A stretch of DNA of 62,651 nt, the filler included, from Rhabdomonas costata (lineage: Eukaryota): assembly GCA_019059605.1 (NCBI GenBank). It is 37 parts of 37 records of this genome, joined end to end, with 100 filler letters (N's around TTAATTAATTAA, not from the genome) between each part and the next. Parts side by side here need not be neighbours in the genome. Positions count along the whole stretch, not along the records: positions 59,361 to 60,956 come from JAHMHO010012369.1; positions 61,057 to 62,651 come from JAHMHO010012370.1; 35 more parts are not named here. One strand, given 5' to 3'. The notes below the pieces were generated by a model that was given only the letters and a program-made list of their open reading frames with translations, was not told the origin of the DNA and did no database searches. Of this stretch, positions 60,858 to 62,651 are shown piece by piece (within the stretch, counting starts at the first letter, position 1; the number at the start of each line of letters is the position of its first letter). The position numbers were made by a program, and so were the translations under genes.

Positions 60858-61589
60858 GGTAAAGGTATTCATTTCAAAGGTTTCGATCGGATTTTTTTCC
60901 TCCTATCCCTTCTATCCTTTGCTGCCTGTGATGGATTTTAGTTTCTACCAAAACCCNNNNNNNNNNNNNNNNNNNNNNNNNNNNNNNNNNNNNNNNNNNN
61001 TTAATTAATTAANNNNNNNNNNNNNNNNNNNNNNNNNNNNNNNNNNNNNNNNNNNNGGGGTTGGGGAATGCTGTTCGACGGATAGAAGTGCGGGACGAAC
61101 ACATGTCCCGCTCACCTATCCGTCGAACAGCATTCCTCAACCCCGACACCATCGATACTTATGAGTATAAAATTGAGGTTCAGAAAACATTGGGCAAAGA
61201 AAACTGCTGCAACCCCGATGAACTCGTCGAAAAATCTGGCGACAGAGGGGGCAATGAACACGCAAAGGGACGGGACTCCATCAGAGTATGCCCTTATGCC
61301 TTCAATTTTGTAATTGAGAGTAGCTTTCCGAATCGAAGAGAACAGAAAAGCACACCTTCGAGATTTGCATGGAGGCGTAGAGCCAGTTCAGTGGTCCAAA
61401 TAAGGTGTCCATCTCGGATTTGTCTGCCATTGCTCGCTGTGGGGAAAACCATCCGAAGAAAGACGAGAAGGGCAGAGCAGCATCAAACAGATGCAGGACT
61501 GGTCTAGCAATTCGGTAAAGCAAAAGAAAGGATTGAACTAGTGGCAGTCCTCCCAATTGCATCCCAACGACGCAACAGGCGCGTAATAC

Positions 61590-61734
61590 ATTGCGCATGG
61601 AGTGGCTCTGCAGGCCCTTGTCCTCGCTGCCGAACGAAGAGTGCTGCTGCTGACTCAACTGGGTCATGTACTGCTGCTGTCGTTGGCGGGCTTCGGCGGT
61701 AGTGGCCGAGCCTGCGTGCAACGCCCCCACCACA
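61590..61734 (-). CDS. Gln-rich internal exon, hypothetical protein
   Basis: TAG|..VVGALHAGSATTAEARQRQQQYMTQLSQQQHSSFGSEDKGLQSHSMRN|GT. Confidence 0.5.
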
Positions 61735-62651
61735 CTATCATTGCATTTCCACGGTTCTTAAATGATAGAATTGATGGAACTGATACAGTTCCTCTAATTT
61801 GTTGATTTGTGACTGAGATTCTTTGTCCTACGTTTGCATTTGTAAACCAAACCGCACATATCCGTCGGACAGGTCCCCTTTGTAGCCCTGTGCAGTACCA
61901 GTAATCCTCAACCAATCACTGGTCGCCCCGAAATAGTGAAAATCAAGAAGCTGAATGCAAATCAAATATAAAAAAGGGATGAAGATAAACACCATTGGAC
62001 TTGAGGGTGCCCCACTGGTCAGCCTTTCCCAGGCTGGAGAGGGTGGACCCATATATGCAGTGGTGGCGCTCGCGAACTGGCTTGCTTCCCATCGGGTGTT
62101 TTTTGTGCCCTCAGGGGCTAAGCACGAGCTCTCAGTCACCTTCTCTCAAACAGAGCAGCAAACATGACGAACAACAAAGTTACATACAGGCCTCGGGGAC
62201 ATAATGTCCATAAAAAGCACTGAAATGACCTGGGTAAACAGAATCGAGAATTTCTGATCACTCACGACAGACCACCAGTACAGCCATCCCAAACTCGCAG
62301 CAAACCCTGCAAAAGTGATGGGCATGACGTTCCTGTGTGTGTGCGTGTGTGAAATCGCGATTTCGAGGGCACAGTCAAATGAAAATTTTCGCTGATCGGC
62401 CACCACGTGCAGACACCACCCTACCCACACCCCACGAAGCTTACACACCACATAACCAAAGCAAGTCAAGTCACTAGATCCTCGCGTTCTGCACCCCGCA
62501 GTATTTCGAAGCGAATTCTCAATCTTCCAGTGGATTTCCAGTGCACCATTATCAGAATAAGTGAATGAGAAGCCTGGCACCGACCGAGGGCCGAGGAGAC
62601 GCGTTCAGAAAACAGAAGTACAGCGGAGGTAGAGTCACGAGCAAAACAAAC

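Noticed and set aside
1..62651. Gene neighbourhood or operon-like 'system' (receiver domains, dCache, cyclase tail)
   Set aside because: The pieces lie on unrelated size-sorted contigs, so adjacency carries no information
1..62651. Euglenid non-conventional (non GT-AG, stem-forming) introns
   Set aside because: Every junction I could reconstruct fits GT-AG or GC-AG. None could be demonstrated without cDNA, although some may be present.

Overview
This is not one locus. It is a concatenation of 37 unrelated ~1.6 kb contigs (1-1597, 1698-3293, ... 61057-62651) joined by 36 identical 100-nt artificial spacers (N44-TTAATTAATTAA-N44), so nothing can be inferred across spacers. The DNA is an intron-rich eukaryotic nuclear genome: short GC-rich exons, GT-AG and apparently GC-AG introns, and many microsatellites. 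An articulin-type VPV-repeat gene, two-component receiver domains, a dCache sensor, a class III cyclase tail and a PPi-dependent PFK point to a euglenid-like protist (inference). G/T-only contig starts, C/A-only contig ends and perfect fold-back inverted repeats at contig ends indicate whole-genome-amplified material. I reconstructed exons by hand for a TEP1-like DUF4062 protein, GET3/ArsA, PPi-PFK, a BLTP1/Csf1-like protein, two receiver-domain proteins, articulin, HVA22/REEP, a PILS/AEC transporter, an aldo-keto reductase, LRR, EGF-repeat, C1-like zinc finger and several hypothetical proteins. Most entries in the supplied ORF track are spurious read-throughs. I found no CRISPR, rRNA, tRNA or intact mobile element, and I cannot claim a new biological system. 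The best leads are a hairpin/A-rich-linker repeat array upstream of GET3 (30540-30975), G-rich splice acceptors lacking polypyrimidine tracts, recurrent GCAT donors, and opposite-strand internal exons in one contig. All family calls come from remembered motifs, not from database searches.
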